Below are positions 38,511 through 51,411 of a stretch of 64,000 nucleotides of DNA, piece by piece. The stretch is taken from the NCBI RefSeq assembly GCF_001447785.1, contig NW_015173134.1, positions 795,608 through 859,607 on the forward strand. The letters run 5' to 3'. Positions within the stretch are counted from its first letter, which is position 1, and each line of letters begins with the position of its first letter. The position numbers and the translations under genes were made by a program. This stretch comes from Gekko japonicus. Lineage: Eukaryota. A model generated the notes under the pieces. That model did not search any database. It had not been told where the DNA came from and saw only the letters and a list, made by a program, of their open reading frames with translations.

Positions 38511-41500
38511 CACTGATAAACTCTGCTTCCTCGTGGAAGCTACTTCTCACTTCTCTTTCCGCGGCATCAGAGACTGTGTAGCCCAGGCTTTTAAACACCC
38601 TCTCACTTTCTTGCCAAGTCTTTTGGAAATTCTTCAGCAGTTCTTCGGGTGATTCTGCCGCAGAGATATCCAGGATGTGTCCAGAGATTACATCCTCGTA
38701 CGTTGGAGGCGCACGTTTGAAGCCAAATCCAGACTGCAGCCCATCTGCGCTTTGTGATCTGGAGGTGGTGGTCCTGGATTCAACCACACTGTTCTCTAAT
38801 GTCTCCATGCCAGCAGAGCATTCACCGTGAGAGTTGGCATCAAAGCGCGCCATGGGCTCAAAGGAGCGCTCTTTCACTGCACACTGTCTTTGCTTGTAAG
38901 ATTTATTTTCCTTTGGTTCTCTCTGCTGCTTGCCTGGAGTCTTTTGGAAACCTTCTTTTTGCTTTTCCCTTTCATGAGAAGTTTGGCCTATTTCATCCTT
39001 TCTAAACCTGTGCCTTTCTTCCCTGATTTTGCCACTAATCACACCATTTGTGACACATTTTTTCTTTGATTTCACCTCTGCTACTGGCTTATCAAAATCT
39101 TCTAACAGCACATCTATTTTATCCTCACTCTCATGGCCTGGTCTTTCAGACACGTCTGATTCTCTTCCTGTGTGAATCGTCTGCTCAGATGCTTGAAACT
39201 TATGCACAAGTCCTTTGGGATCAACCTTAGGAGCTTCAGATTTTTGAGCAACAGAAACAGAGTCCGCATTTTCTCTTTGTGGCTCTAAGCCTTCTGGAAT
39301 GTATCCTGTCTTTTTGCTGAAAAATGTCTTGTTTGTTTCCAGTTCTTCGTGCATTTCTGTACTTTTCTTCACTGTACCAGCAGTTATTTGTGATTCTTTT
39401 ACAGGCAACACTTTTGAAGACGAACTATCAGATTGCCGCGAATCGAGCTTGATTTGTCGACGGAGAGTTGCAGGAGATTTCACAATCTCTGATCTTTTTT
39501 CCATAATGGAAACTGGGGTCACTGATCTGTTTGGGGTTGCTCCTTGGGACAGTTTCACAGTGGCGTCTCTAAGCTTGGCAAGTTGTTCTGAACGGCTTCT
39601 TGGTGGAGAGGGAGAGGGGGAAGTGGCTGGTTGTTGGTATTTAGATGTTGGTGTGGTAGACCTAGGAGGTGGAGAAGGTGGGACTGGAGTAGTTTCCCTT
39701 TGGGCAGGAGACAAAGGCTCCCTGAGGGGAGATTCAATACGCCTTGATTCAATCGTGATGTAAGTAGGGGAGGGTGCCCGTGTCCTCAGCGATGGTGAAG
39801 AAACAGTTCTGTTTTCTGTGTGCCTGTGTGCATTGATATGTTTTACTTCCTGATGTGCTGCTGCATCTGTGATCACCTCTTTAGTCACCTGAGACTCTTT
39901 TTTACTAGCGCCGATGCTCAGTTTAGCTATATTTTGTGATGATCCTCTGACATTAAGGGAGTCTTGTCTAGATTTCATGGTTTTTGTGGACCTCATGGCT
40001 GTTTGGATTGCATCTTCACACCACTGAAGGATTTGGGCACCCTGGCCTTTAATCACTGATAGCTCTTCCTTCATCTTGTCAATATTATTCTCCTGTGCAA
40101 TAGAAGTTAACTTTTGTTTCATCTCTTCTTCGACCAGCCACTCTGGAATACCACTTAAGAACACCTGGAAGGTTTGGAGCCCATTTTTATTGGGCTCTGT
40201 TTCAAACTGCTTCACTCTGGACAGGACCTGCTGTACCTCCTCACGTTTCCTCAAGAACTCTAATATATCTGTTGGGCTTTTCTCATGACTCTGTGGTATT
40301 CTTTTTAAGGAATTAGACAGTGTTGTCTTTTTCTGGGCAACCTCTTGTTTTGGTTCTGCAGTCTTAAGAAGGCCCTTTTTCAGTTGCTGGGCCTTTTCTC
40401 CAGCCCACTCCTTCCCTTGCAGACTCCTGGTTTCCTGGGACAAGTATTTTGCTTCCAGACTCAAGTTTCTCTCTTGTTGAGAAGTCTGTGAGCCCTCATG
40501 CATGTCAATTACCTTTTGCTTGACTGTTTTTTCTGATTTATTGCTCACTTCCTCTTGTTTTTGTTGAATTATTATTTTCTCTTCTTTAGGGAAAGTAATT
40601 ACTTGGCTCTGCTTTCCTTCCAGAGCCTGAGAGACACTCTGTTGTTTAATTTCTTCTTTCCCCATTTCTTTCCTTTGAACTAACCTTTGTTTCACTTCAC
40701 TGGACTCTTTGCCTGTTACTTTGTGCCTGTCTTCGGTGTATTTCAAAAGTGGTTTTTCCAGCTGCACCTTCTCATCAACCTGCCCCCGACTGTTTGCCTT
40801 CCCAACGCTTTCTTTTTTGCTAATAGAACTGGTTCTGTTTTCTTTCTGTTTTTCTTGAATACGTTGTTTGAGAACAGCTTGGCTGCTATGCTCCTCTCGC
40901 GCCCTGTGCATCAGGGAGTCCTTGTGCGTTTCACCAAATTGTTGATCCAAAGCGGGAAGCTGGATGGTTCTGATTTTGAAAGTAGGGGATGTCATTTTGT
41001 TTTTGGACATATGCAGACACGCCTCATCCTCACGTTGCTCTGTCTTGCACACAGCCTGTTCCTTATGGGTGTGCACCTTCTCAGAAGATACTTTATATTG
41101 TGTAAGACTTTGCACATTACATGTAGCCTTGTTTCTAATCTGCTCATCTGTTGAGGTTTTTAGGATGCTTTGAGACTGTCGGGTGGTGGCTATCTGTGAA
41201 GTGGGTTGTGGCTCATGATCACATGGGACCACATCTTGTGGCTTGGCCGGACCTTTGGGCTCAGCAGGCATAGTCCTTTCTGGAGCTGCAGAGGTCAATG
41301 GGTCTTGTACTGGGGACTGGTACTGCTCAGAGGGTTTGGGTTCCAACAGAGATGCTACTGACTCTATCTGAACTGAACTTACAGAAGTTTCACTGTTCCT
41401 TCTCACAGTCAGTTGACAAGACTCTTGCGCTTGCTTCTTCTCCATCGCCTCCCTTTGTTGCCTGAATTTCTCTTCTGCAATCATTAAAGGGGTTCTAAAT

Positions 41501-44500
41501 TTTCGTACATATGGCTTAGGCTTCCCTTGTGTTGTCTCTGGTGGGAGGGAAGGAGATCTTACAGGTGGAAACTGACTACTTTTCTTAATTGATGAGGTCT
41601 CTGGCTTGATACCATCTGTGACTGAGGAAGGCCTTCTAACCTCTTCTGTTCTTGTGCAGACTCTTTGCTCTTTCTGTCCATGACTAACAACATTAGTCAC
41701 CGTGGTCCTTTCTGTGCTTTCTTCCATGGTTTTTGTCACATCCCTTCCTTTGCATATCTGAACCTCAGGCTCAATTTTGTGAGGCATTTCAAGCTGATGT
41801 TCTTCTAATTGTTTTGTCAAGTCTTTCTGTGGAGGCTTCTTAATGGATGGGACCCTACTGGGTCTAATGCTGGCATGAGCTTGAATGGACTGCTGCAGTG
41901 TTTTGTCTAGGTGCTTGAAGAAGTGTTCTCTCTTTTGTTTTGGCTGAGGAATCACAGACGGCTGAGGAAGAGGTGGAGGAGGCAAAGAAGACACAGATTC
42001 ACTTTCAGATTTGTCTTCTACTGAGGGTGGTGGAGGAGGGAAATGGTCAGCATCTGTTTTGGCCTGTCCTATGGGTGGTGGTGGGGAAGGAAAGCTTTGT
42101 CTATCCGAAGCCATCATTAAATGTGTTAGAGGAGGAGGTGGCGGCAGAGGAAGGTCGGCTTCAGATGAAGTCACGGAGGGTGGTGGTGAAGGTGGGGGTG
42201 GAGGTGGAGGTGGGGAATCGATTTCGGATCTGTCCAGGTTTCTAGCATTTTTGTTTGGGTTGTGAGGATTTCTTACCAGACCTCTGAAGTTGTAGTCAAC
42301 AACATCCCCTTTCCCCTTTCCCCTAAGCCTTGCAATAGATTTCTCATTTTGCTCGATAACATTTGAGTTTTGCTTCCTTTCGGCTTCTTGGCTGTGTATT
42401 TCCTGTGTGGCTCTGACTTTTTGATTGGTTTTTAGATTCTGTTCTGATGCCATGGAAACCACAGCTTGGTTTGCTTTCATGTTAGTTTTTCTCTCTTCAC
42501 AAACCTCTTTTGAACACTGTTTTCTTTCTTGCTGTACCTCTTGCTTGTGAAAAGGACTAGTCGCCTTGGAAATCATGCCCATTGACATGTTGACCACTTG
42601 CTCTGCACCTCTGTGATGGGTCGTATGAGTGTGGCCATACAATTTTGTTTTTTCTCTCATCTCTTTCTGACCAGTTGTGTCAGGTCTTTGTCTTATAGAC
42701 GGTTCCACTCTTGATGTGCTTTCATTACTCAGTATTCTGTTTGCCTCCAGTTTCTCCCCTCTTTCATTCCTCCGAACAGTATGACAAGAAGCAGACTGAG
42801 TAGCTACAGCATGATCATTACGAGTCTTTGCTTCCTTTTTCACAGTGTTCTGGACTTTGACTTTACCCATAGATTTATCTGCTTTTTCAGTGACCTTGTG
42901 TTGGGAATTAGATAAGACCTTCACATTTTTCTTATCTGCCTCATCTGCCTTTGTGTTCCGTTTCTGATCTAAATGGATTGCTTTGGTGTCTTTGCTGAGG
43001 AAGCTCTTGCTTTCAGTTTCAATTCTTTGATGATGTGCCTCGTGGGATTTAATATGATTTTGTAACCTTTCAGTCACATTAACCTGGTTCTTGACCAATT
43101 GTTGAGAAGGCTCAAAGAGCATCTCCGTGCTTTTTTCCAGATCTCCACATATTCCTGCTTGATGTTGGATTGTTTTTCTTCCTGCAGATGCTCTTTGTAA
43201 GCTCTCTGTAGCCGTTTGAGTATCTCCTTTGACTATTTCTTCTTTACCTATCTCCTGGAAAGATTGCTGAGCTGCTCTTAAAGACCATAAGGTGGACTCA
43301 AGGTCACCCCGGACAACTTCTTCTCTCAGGACTTCATTTTTTGTCTGTCTTGTTTTCTCCAGAGATTCAATAGCCCGCTTAATATCACCAGGGATGACAT
43401 CAGGTTTTTCCATCTCTTTCAGTCGACAAGCAGATTCTTCAAGAGACTTCAGAATTGTGAGGATGTCAGCTTTTATAATTTCTTCCTTCTCTGTGACAGT
43501 TGTTTGATTTATGGCCTGACTGAGGGAATTTAACGCTGCCTTCAAATCACCTTTTATAATTTCTTCTTTGCATACATGACAAGATGAATTTTGCGGCTCA
43601 GTCATAAAGATTTTAACTGCATTACACACATCTCCAGGGATAATGTCGGTTTCGTTAACTGTACGTTGAATCTCAGACCTCTTTTTCTTAAGTAATAGCT
43701 TTGTGCCTTCAACATCGCCACCAATTATTTCCTCCTCCTCTTCTTGATTCCTACTGGTAAATGTTTCATTTGCCCCTGTCTGGAGTTGCTTCAGATAATC
43801 CAGAGCCCCAGCTTCTATGCATGTTGTAAAAAACTGAACGTTGCCTCTCTCTGAATCATCTATTTTAGCTCTTTCTGTTATTTCATTATTCACTGCGGAA
43901 GACAGGAGGTTGTGAATTGTGCGCCTCACATCACCACCTATCACTTCATCTTGCTGGATTTTAGTGCTATCCTTTTTGTGAAAGAGAGAATATACTGTCA
44001 TGTTAATATCACCTCTCTCATTTTCTTGAATTAAAATTCCACGTTTTGCAGAGCTGCTCTTACTAAACAGGTTTTTAATGGCTTGCTGTATATCACCTCT
44101 CACCACCTCTTCCTTTTCAACGTGAACATCTGTTGATCTATTCAGCAACTGCTCTTTGGTCAGATTCACATTACCTTTTTCTTCTTCACTGACTTTAGTT
44201 TCCCTTTCAACAGAGCTGCTTTTGGACAGCAAGTTCATCATGATGTTGGCCAGATCTCCTCTAATAATCTCTTCCCTTTGTATTTCAGGAGCCTCCTGAT
44301 TCATCAGCTTATACTTTGTCATTCGGACATCTCCAATTTCATCAGCCTCCAAGATAATTCCATGAGACTCCACCACTTTGTGAGAATGCAGTTCCTTTAA
44401 AGTCTCTTTCACGCTTTTCCCTATGATTTCTTCCTTTTCTATTTTGCTTTCATTGAATTCGTGGAAAGGCGTTGTTTCAAAAAGCCATGTTGTGGTTTTT

Positions 44501-47500
44501 ACATCTACCTGTGGAATTTCTTCTGTAGCTACTCTTGTATCATTTTCATCAGTATCCTTAATGGAGTGTAAAGGCTGGTTTTCGAAAAGCCACACGGCAT
44601 GCTGAACATCACCTTCTTCTACCTCTTCCTTTGTTACCGTTTTAACATCTTTATACTCTGATCCCTCTCCTCTAATTTCGTCTATGGTATGTGTTTCAAA
44701 TAACCAAGTTGATGTTTTGACATTGCCTTTTTGTATTTCACTAACACTCACTGTTCTTACATACTGTTCTTTGGTCTCTTCAGACTCAAATAACTTCTTG
44801 CTGGCCTTCACATCACCACCTTGGACATGGTCCACTGTGGGGATGATGAATTTTTCCTCATCAGAAATGGTATCCAATGGTTGTGTTTCAAATCTATATC
44901 GAACAGAATTAACATCTCCTTTCTGGATATCCTCTTGGGTGACTGATTTTATAATGTACACATTATCTGATTTGTTTATTGATCCCAAGGGTTTTGTTTC
45001 AAACAGCCACCGAGTTCCACGTACATCCCCATGAATCACTTCTTCCTTCTTAACAGTAGTCACCTCATGATAATACCCTTCCTTGTCCTGAATCGCATAA
45101 AGTGGCTGGGTCTCAAAGAGCATTCTGTAGTTTTTCACATCTCCCTTTGTTATTTCTTCTTCACTCACAGTTTTCTTGGTGCTTATGTCTGTAGAAGATT
45201 CCTCTTTAATCTGGTCCAAAGAAAATGTCTCAAAGATAAAACAACCCTTTTGCACATTTCCACCTTGTACATCTGTAACTGTTTTAATTGTTGTCCTATC
45301 CTCTTGGTTCTCTGTTATTTCATCAATAGGCTGATTCTCAAAAAGCCAACAGCAATGCAAAACATTCCCTTTTTGTATGTCTTCACGCTGGATAGTCTTA
45401 ATTTTGTTCAATACTTCTTCTGTGCTGAAGTTTATAGAGTCTAATGTTTGGTTTTCAAACTTATACCTCATGGTGGAGACATCTCCAGGCTGGATATCAA
45501 TTTCTACTACTCGCTTGAGTTCCTCACTCTCTTCTCCTTGTATATTTTCTAGGTTTTCTGTCTCAAAAAGGAAACACGCAGTGCGGACATCACTACCCTG
45601 AATTTCTTCTTGCTTCGCTGTCTGCAGTTTCACAACTCTTTCTGAGTCTTCCCCTATTGCATCGAGAGGCTGGGTTTCAAAGAGCCAGGTACAGCTTTTG
45701 ACATCTCCTCTGTGTATCTCTTCATTATCAGTCACTGCCTCTTCTTTGTCATACAAGGATTCCATTGGCTGGGTTTCAAATAGCCACCTACACATTCTGA
45801 CATCCCCTTTGACAATTTCAGTGGAATCCATTTGAGCTTTGCTCTCTTCATCCTCCACATTAGAAAAGTATTTAATAGAGTCAAGAGGCTGAGTTTCAAA
45901 CAGCCATTTTGCTGTCTTCACATCGCCTGACTGAACTTCTTGGGAAGATATTCCTTTAATAATCTGAATTTTTTCAATACTCTCATCAAACTGGTCTATG
46001 GGCCTGGTCTCAAAGAGCCACCGGCAGTTTCTGACATCCCCTCTTAAGACTTCTTCTTGTCGAATTGTTTTCACCTCATGATATTTCCCAAGTCTGTCCT
46101 GTATTGCATACAGTGGAGTAGTTTCAAAAACAGCTGTGTTTAATTTGACTGCACCTCTTGTCACACCTTCAACATGGATTTTGTGCCTGTCATCATGTTT
46201 GCTTAACTTACAGGATTCAAATGCATGTTTGCAGCTGCTCACATTTCCCCTATCAATTTCCTCCAGTTTCACAGTTCTTATGAATTCTTTTCTTTCTTCT
46301 CTAATCTGTTCGAGAGGTTTAGTTTCAAAAATCAGTTTCTGGTGCTGCACATCTCCTTTTTCTTCCTCAGTGGCAGCCATTTTATGAAGTTTTCCAATGT
46401 CTGGGCTGTCTTTTAGCATGTCCATTGGCAATGTTTCAAACAAGTGTTTGGTAGTATTTACATCCCCTCCTATTATTTCTTCAGTCTGTAAAGGATTTGT
46501 ATCTTCACTTTCTTTTAAGGCATCAAGAGGCTGAGTCTCAAAAAGCCAGCATTTGCCACAGACATCACTACCTACAATGACTTCTTTTTCCACAACAGAT
46601 ATTTCAGACTCCTCTTTAATAGTGTCCAAAGGCTGTGTTTCAAAAAGCCATTTTGCCTTGCCTACTTCACCTTTGACATTCTCCTCCATAGAGATTCCAC
46701 GGACAACTTTGATTTCCAGAGAGTCTTTGTTAATCATGTCTATGGGATGTGTTTCAAACATCCAGCGCACCGTTCTGACATCCCCTCTCTCAAGTTCTTC
46801 TCTATGAACAGTTTTAATCTCTAGCATTTGGCCCAAATCATTCCTAATAACATACATTGGCAGAGTTTCAAAATGCCGTATACATCTCTTCACATCACCT
46901 TTAATCTCCTTTAGCTCAGACCTCAGCTGGAGCAACTTGGCTTCATCCACTGAGTACAGCTGCCCGAGTCTATCCAGATGCTGTGTTTCAAACATATACC
47001 TCACTGTTTTGACATCTCCACCAGCAATTTCCTCAGTGGCAGATTCATCAGATTCTTGTTCTTTCTCTTGAAGAATTTTATTCATGGAGTCCAAAGGCTG
47101 AGTTTCAAACATCCAAGTGGCTGTGCGGACATCTCCTCGAGCCAATTCAGGAATTTTGTCTTCACTTTCTGTATTATTTGAGGAATGTGCACTCAGCGCA
47201 TCTATGGGCTGTGTTTCAAACATCCATGTAGTATATTTCACATCTCCACCTGCAATGATTTCTTGATCTGCGATGCTTTTGATATTGCTTGGGTCAGGGG
47301 ATTCATCTTTGATTGAATCTAAAGGCTGGTTCTCAAACATCCACCTCATGGACTGAACTTCTCCTTTTAGGATTTCGTCCCATTCCAAGTACTCTCTCTC
47401 GGGACTCATGCACTTCTGGGGACTGCTTCCTGTGTTTTCAAAGAGGTGCTTAGCTTGACGTACATCTCCTGCTACTGAGCTACTGGTTTCTGCGTCACTA

Positions 47501-47904
47501 GACACTATCTCACAGACATCATTGAAATAATCTTTTTCTAAATTCTTTCTCAATTCTGGATGAATGTGTTTGTATAAACGTTTTAATTCATAGAGATTTC
47601 GTTGCTTGGAATACAAATCTTTGGGGAGGGTGTGCTTGGATGGAGAGGGAGAGGGTTCAGGGGACTGGGAAAACTCTGTCATTTCAGATGGAACCTGTAG
47701 TAAGTCTGGAGAGGGTGGAGGAGGAAACTCCTCTGAACTCCCATACTTAGAAGAGTTGCTGTAGGTTGTGGCTGAGGCTGCAGATGCATAGTCAGTTTTC
47801 CTTGCCATGTATATTTCCTGTTGTCTATTTGCAGAAGCAGATTCAACAGCAGAAGTAGTAAAGGCTGCCCATGGCTGGGCCATTTGTTGGTATTCATTTT
47901 CAAT
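38511..47904 (-). CDS. XIRP2: XIRP2 giant exon (9394 nt, phase 0-1): EVH1 ligand FPPPP, 28 Xin repeats, proline-rich region, C-terminal region
   Basis: 3126-aa ORF in which I count 28 copies of G[DEN]Vxxxx[WYF]LFE[TN]xP[LI]D. Acceptor ttttgtcccccaaag|ATT lies 7 codons upstream of the ORF-track Met; donor ATCAGTG|gtaaat. Confidence 0.98.
44460..47470 (-). repeat. Xin actin-binding repeat array (28 protein-level repeats)
   Basis: Runs from GDVRQAKHLFENT to VDVKTTTWLFETTPFH in the translated ORF. Boundaries approximate. Confidence 0.95.
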
Positions 47905-48742
47905 CTTTGGGGGACAAAATTAGTAATTTTAAATATATGTATTTACAAGTGATATTTTTGCTATGGTTGACACAGTCCTACAAAAATAGCTAAGCAACAG
48001 AATGTCAAAGGAAGTCAAAGGCTCTCTTCTATCCCCAAAGAACTTAGGTGGAACAGAGTGATTTAACAATTATAGCAGATGCAGTACATCCATAACTGTT
48101 GCTTCTGTGATAAACTAGTTTACTCGTAGTGTATCGTTTATCTGCATTTTATTCACGTTCCATTCCGAGATAATCTTGACATTGTTTACTTTTTATCTCA
48201 TATTAACAGATGTAACAGTCAAAGATTTTGGGAGAAAAACTATACTTTCTTCTAAGAACTAGAAACAGAATACAGAGCATGCAGCCAGGAAAAAACTAGA
48301 TTTGAAAGACACACACAAACCCCCCCTCAAAAAAGCTGTAGATATAAATGTTTGTCAAAGAAGAAGGAAGAATTAAGGAAATACAATAGTAAAGTTTATC
48401 TATGTTATGTAGATCTTTAATATACAAGGAGCTCAATCTTAAGAGCCACTATGCGGGCACAAGAGTTCATAGGACAACGCAGAAGGATCCCAGTGACAGG
48501 TGGTAGAATCTGTTTCTAACTCTGCCACAAGTGCCCCAGCCTCAATGGCTACCAGTAGTAAGCCTTTAGTAGAGGAAGAACAATCAGGTGCTATCATCAT
48601 CCTAGGAACTCTTGGCATCAAATAAAATTCAGCGTAACATGGCCGCAGACTGTATTCTGTTTGCAAAAGATCAAAGGACACTTCAGCAGCAACCATTGTT
48701 TGTTCTGTGGGTGCTATAGAAGTCCCAAAGGAATGGAATATA

Positions 48743-48832
48743 ACAGTGGCGATCCTAAACAGAGTTATACCCTTCTAAGCCCACTGACTTGAGTGGGTTT
48801 AGAAGGGCATAACACTGCTCAGGATTGCACTG
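48743..48832. mobile_element. Palindromic MITE of about 90 bp
   Basis: acagtggcgatcctaaacagagtta...taacactgctcaggattgcactgt. Relatives at about 37562-37635 and 53300-53391. Confidence 0.7.
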
Positions 48833-48940
48833 TGTTATCATTCACTTGCTAAACATAGCCACAGAATTCAGATATAAAACGACGTTACAAGTGTCACCTA
48901 AGTCACTGCATGAAATATGGATATTCTGAGTGATTGCAAC

Positions 48941-50081
48941 TATGGGTGTGCATACAGACAAAACCCCCAGTATTTTTCGGATTTGGGTATATTGGACCTG
49001 AAAAATATTGGTATTCCTGATATTCCCGAATTCCAATACCAGTACAGTATTCAGATTTGGGATTTTTCAGGAATGCTTTCAGCTCCATTATACCCTATGG
49101 GGACCATTATAGTCAATAGAGAATCTATCTGGGCTATCTGGGAGTCTGGGGCTTGTTATTTGAGGTAGATGCCCCAAATTTGCCACATAGCTTCTGGTGC
49201 CTCTCCTCAGAAGACCCCCCAAGTTTCAAAAAGTGCAATTCTATAGCCCCCCAAAGAAGGTGCCCCTATCCTCCATTGTTTCCAATGGAAGAAAAAATAG
49301 CAAAAAAGCAAGGATACTAGAAGCCTAGCAGAACAAAATCAAAGTGCCAGAGAATCTCTGCAGTAGAAACTGAAGGGGGGCATTTTTGCAAGCCCAGCAG
49401 AACCAGTGCAATGGACAGAGTGCCCAGCAGTACCAGTGTAATCACAGAGTGCCCAGCAGAACCCAGGGCCACTGTGGCAATGCCAGCTCAACAGGACTGA
49501 TGTCAAGCACAGAATCACTATCCAAGCAAGGGGGTGGCAAGCCCAGCAGAACCAGTTCAATGTAGTGCCCAGCCAGCAAAACCTGATACCACTATGGCAA
49601 TGTCAGCTCTACAATGAATCCAAACCGGGGCTGGGGGGAGTTGCAAGCCCAGCAGTACCAGTGCAGTCTATAGTGCCCAGCAGAACCCAGTGCAATTGAG
49701 GCAATGTCAGCTCAACGTCAGCTGTTTTAACTTTTAATGTAAGCCGCCCTGAGCCTCCTTTGTTAGGGTGGGCGGGATATAAATCTAATAAAATAAATAA
49801 ATAAATGAACAGGACTGATGCGAAGCACAGAATCACGATCCAAGCTGCAAGTTCACTCCAAAGGCATTTAAAGGGACTGTGAGCCCTTTAAATGCACTTT
49901 AACTGCAGCTATCCAGCATTCCTGGATAATCCTGAATATTTTGGGGATTTTTTGGAATCGGCTATACCAGATAGCTGAGAATAGACTCCTGTTGTACTTG
50001 GCTGAAAACATAGCCAAAAAATACCGATAAGGTATACTTCAGCAATTTTTTGGACCTTGATATACCAAATGCACACCCCTA
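48941..50081. mobile_element. Non-autonomous hAT element (TAGGGGTGTGCAT TIR) with an internal minisatellite
   Basis: 13-bp TIR with one mismatch; exact 8-bp TSD ATTGCAAC; internal GCCCAGCAG(A/T)ACC repeats at about 49390-49715. Confidence 0.88.
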
Positions 50082-50176
50082 ATTGCAACTCACTAAGAGT
50101 ACTTTAGCATTACGATTAAAATTACAATCAATTCAGTATAGCACAAATGGAGGATTCTCCTTTCAGAACCACAGAC

Positions 50177-50310
50177 CTTGATCTGCTTTGCAGGTGTTCC
50201 GCTCTCTCTGCCAGAGTGAAATGTCTTTCCCTGGCCTGTTTTCTCAAAATGTTGCTTTAAGGATTGTGTAGAGATCTTGGGAACCTCCTCGTCCACAACT
50301 TCATTGATCA
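50177..50310 (-). CDS. XIRP2: XIRP2 internal coding exon (134 nt, phase 1-0; INEVVDEEVPKISTQSLKQHFEK...TPAKQIK)
   Basis: Acceptor catgccacag|TG and donor ATCAAG|gtctgt. Peptide resembles XIRP2 'EEIPKVSTKLLKEQFEK...TPAKQIK'. Confidence 0.92.
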
Positions 50311-50980
50311 CTGTGGCATGAAAAGACAAGGTTATTAAAGAAACACTGAAATACATGTTATTAAAATAAACCAGCTTTACTTATGGCTTAGTGACCCTGG
50401 AGGTCCTTTGATTTCCTCTGAAGCATGAGGCTGTCTTATTTAGGTTGCATATATCATAAACCTGCTTTGGGTTTATGTGCATTTACATGTGCGTAGTGTC
50501 TTCATGTGCATGAAAGTGTTCTTCTTTGGTACCACCACCTCAAGCCAAAGCCAGCCTCCCGCTTTACCAGTAGCTGTGAAATACTAGTAAAAGCTGCCTC
50601 TGAACATGTACAAAAGGCAGAGTTTACCAGCCACTTCAGCTCTTCTCCTGTGTGTGTGTTAGCGTGAATGAGGGGCCAGGTGAGCAGGGAGGAGTTTGAA
50701 ATGCAGTCTGCTCTCTGAAACCAGAAAACTTTATAGCTACAGGTTATTAAACCAGAGCATAAGACAAGGGAAAATGCCTATCACGCCTACTAGCAACACA
50801 AATCTAAGGAAAAGAACAGGAAAAATCATATCACTTAGCTAAACTTAACAGTACAGAAGTTTTACCTCCACATCCCTCTGGATGTGTGCAGAACAAATGC
50901 AAATCTCCACCTGCTCCATGCAGGGGAATCAGATTCCTAGCATTGGAACAATGCTAACTGGATATCCCAACCTTTTAAAC

Positions 50981-51411
50981 CAGGGGTGTCAAACTCATTT
51001 GTTATGAGGACTGGATCTGACATAAATGAGACCTTGCTGTGCCGGGCCATTTGTGTCATAAATTGCAATGCCAGGTAGCCAAGATATAAACTTTATAAAG
51101 GACACAAACACAAAGGGTTTTTTTACTTAAAATAAAAACATGCTTAAAACATTAGCACTCATGCAATATTTTGTTTATTTAACAGTGTCTGATTACTGAC
51201 ACCTTTTGCTCTGAATCATTACATCAAAATGTCTGTGCTGTTGCAATCTTGAGTATGCTGTTCAGGTGTGTATTTATAAGCTGCAAACCTACGATTATGC
51301 AGCAGCAGTAGAACTGAAGAAGCAGCAGAAGACAGCCAGTTCCACTGCGGGCCTGACAGAAGCCCTCTGGGGGCCTGATCCGGCCCCCGGGCCACATGTT
51401 TGACACCCGTG
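50981..51411 (+). mobile_element. hAT (Charlie-like) MITE
   Basis: CAGGGGTGTCAAAC ... GTTTGACACCCGTG; exact 8-bp TSD TTTTAAAC. Confidence 0.9.

Noticed and set aside
39299-47181. Plus-strand ORFs antisense to the giant exon
   Set aside because: Expected shadows of a long repetitive coding exon.
38503-47883. Single-exon 3126-aa gene, or XIRP1
   Set aside because: It is bounded by splice sites, has 28 repeats, and has upstream small exons and a downstream LIM exon that fit XIRP2.
50177-50310. Both exons flanking the giant exon are 134 nt, suggesting duplication
   Set aside because: No sequence similarity and different phases. Coincidence.
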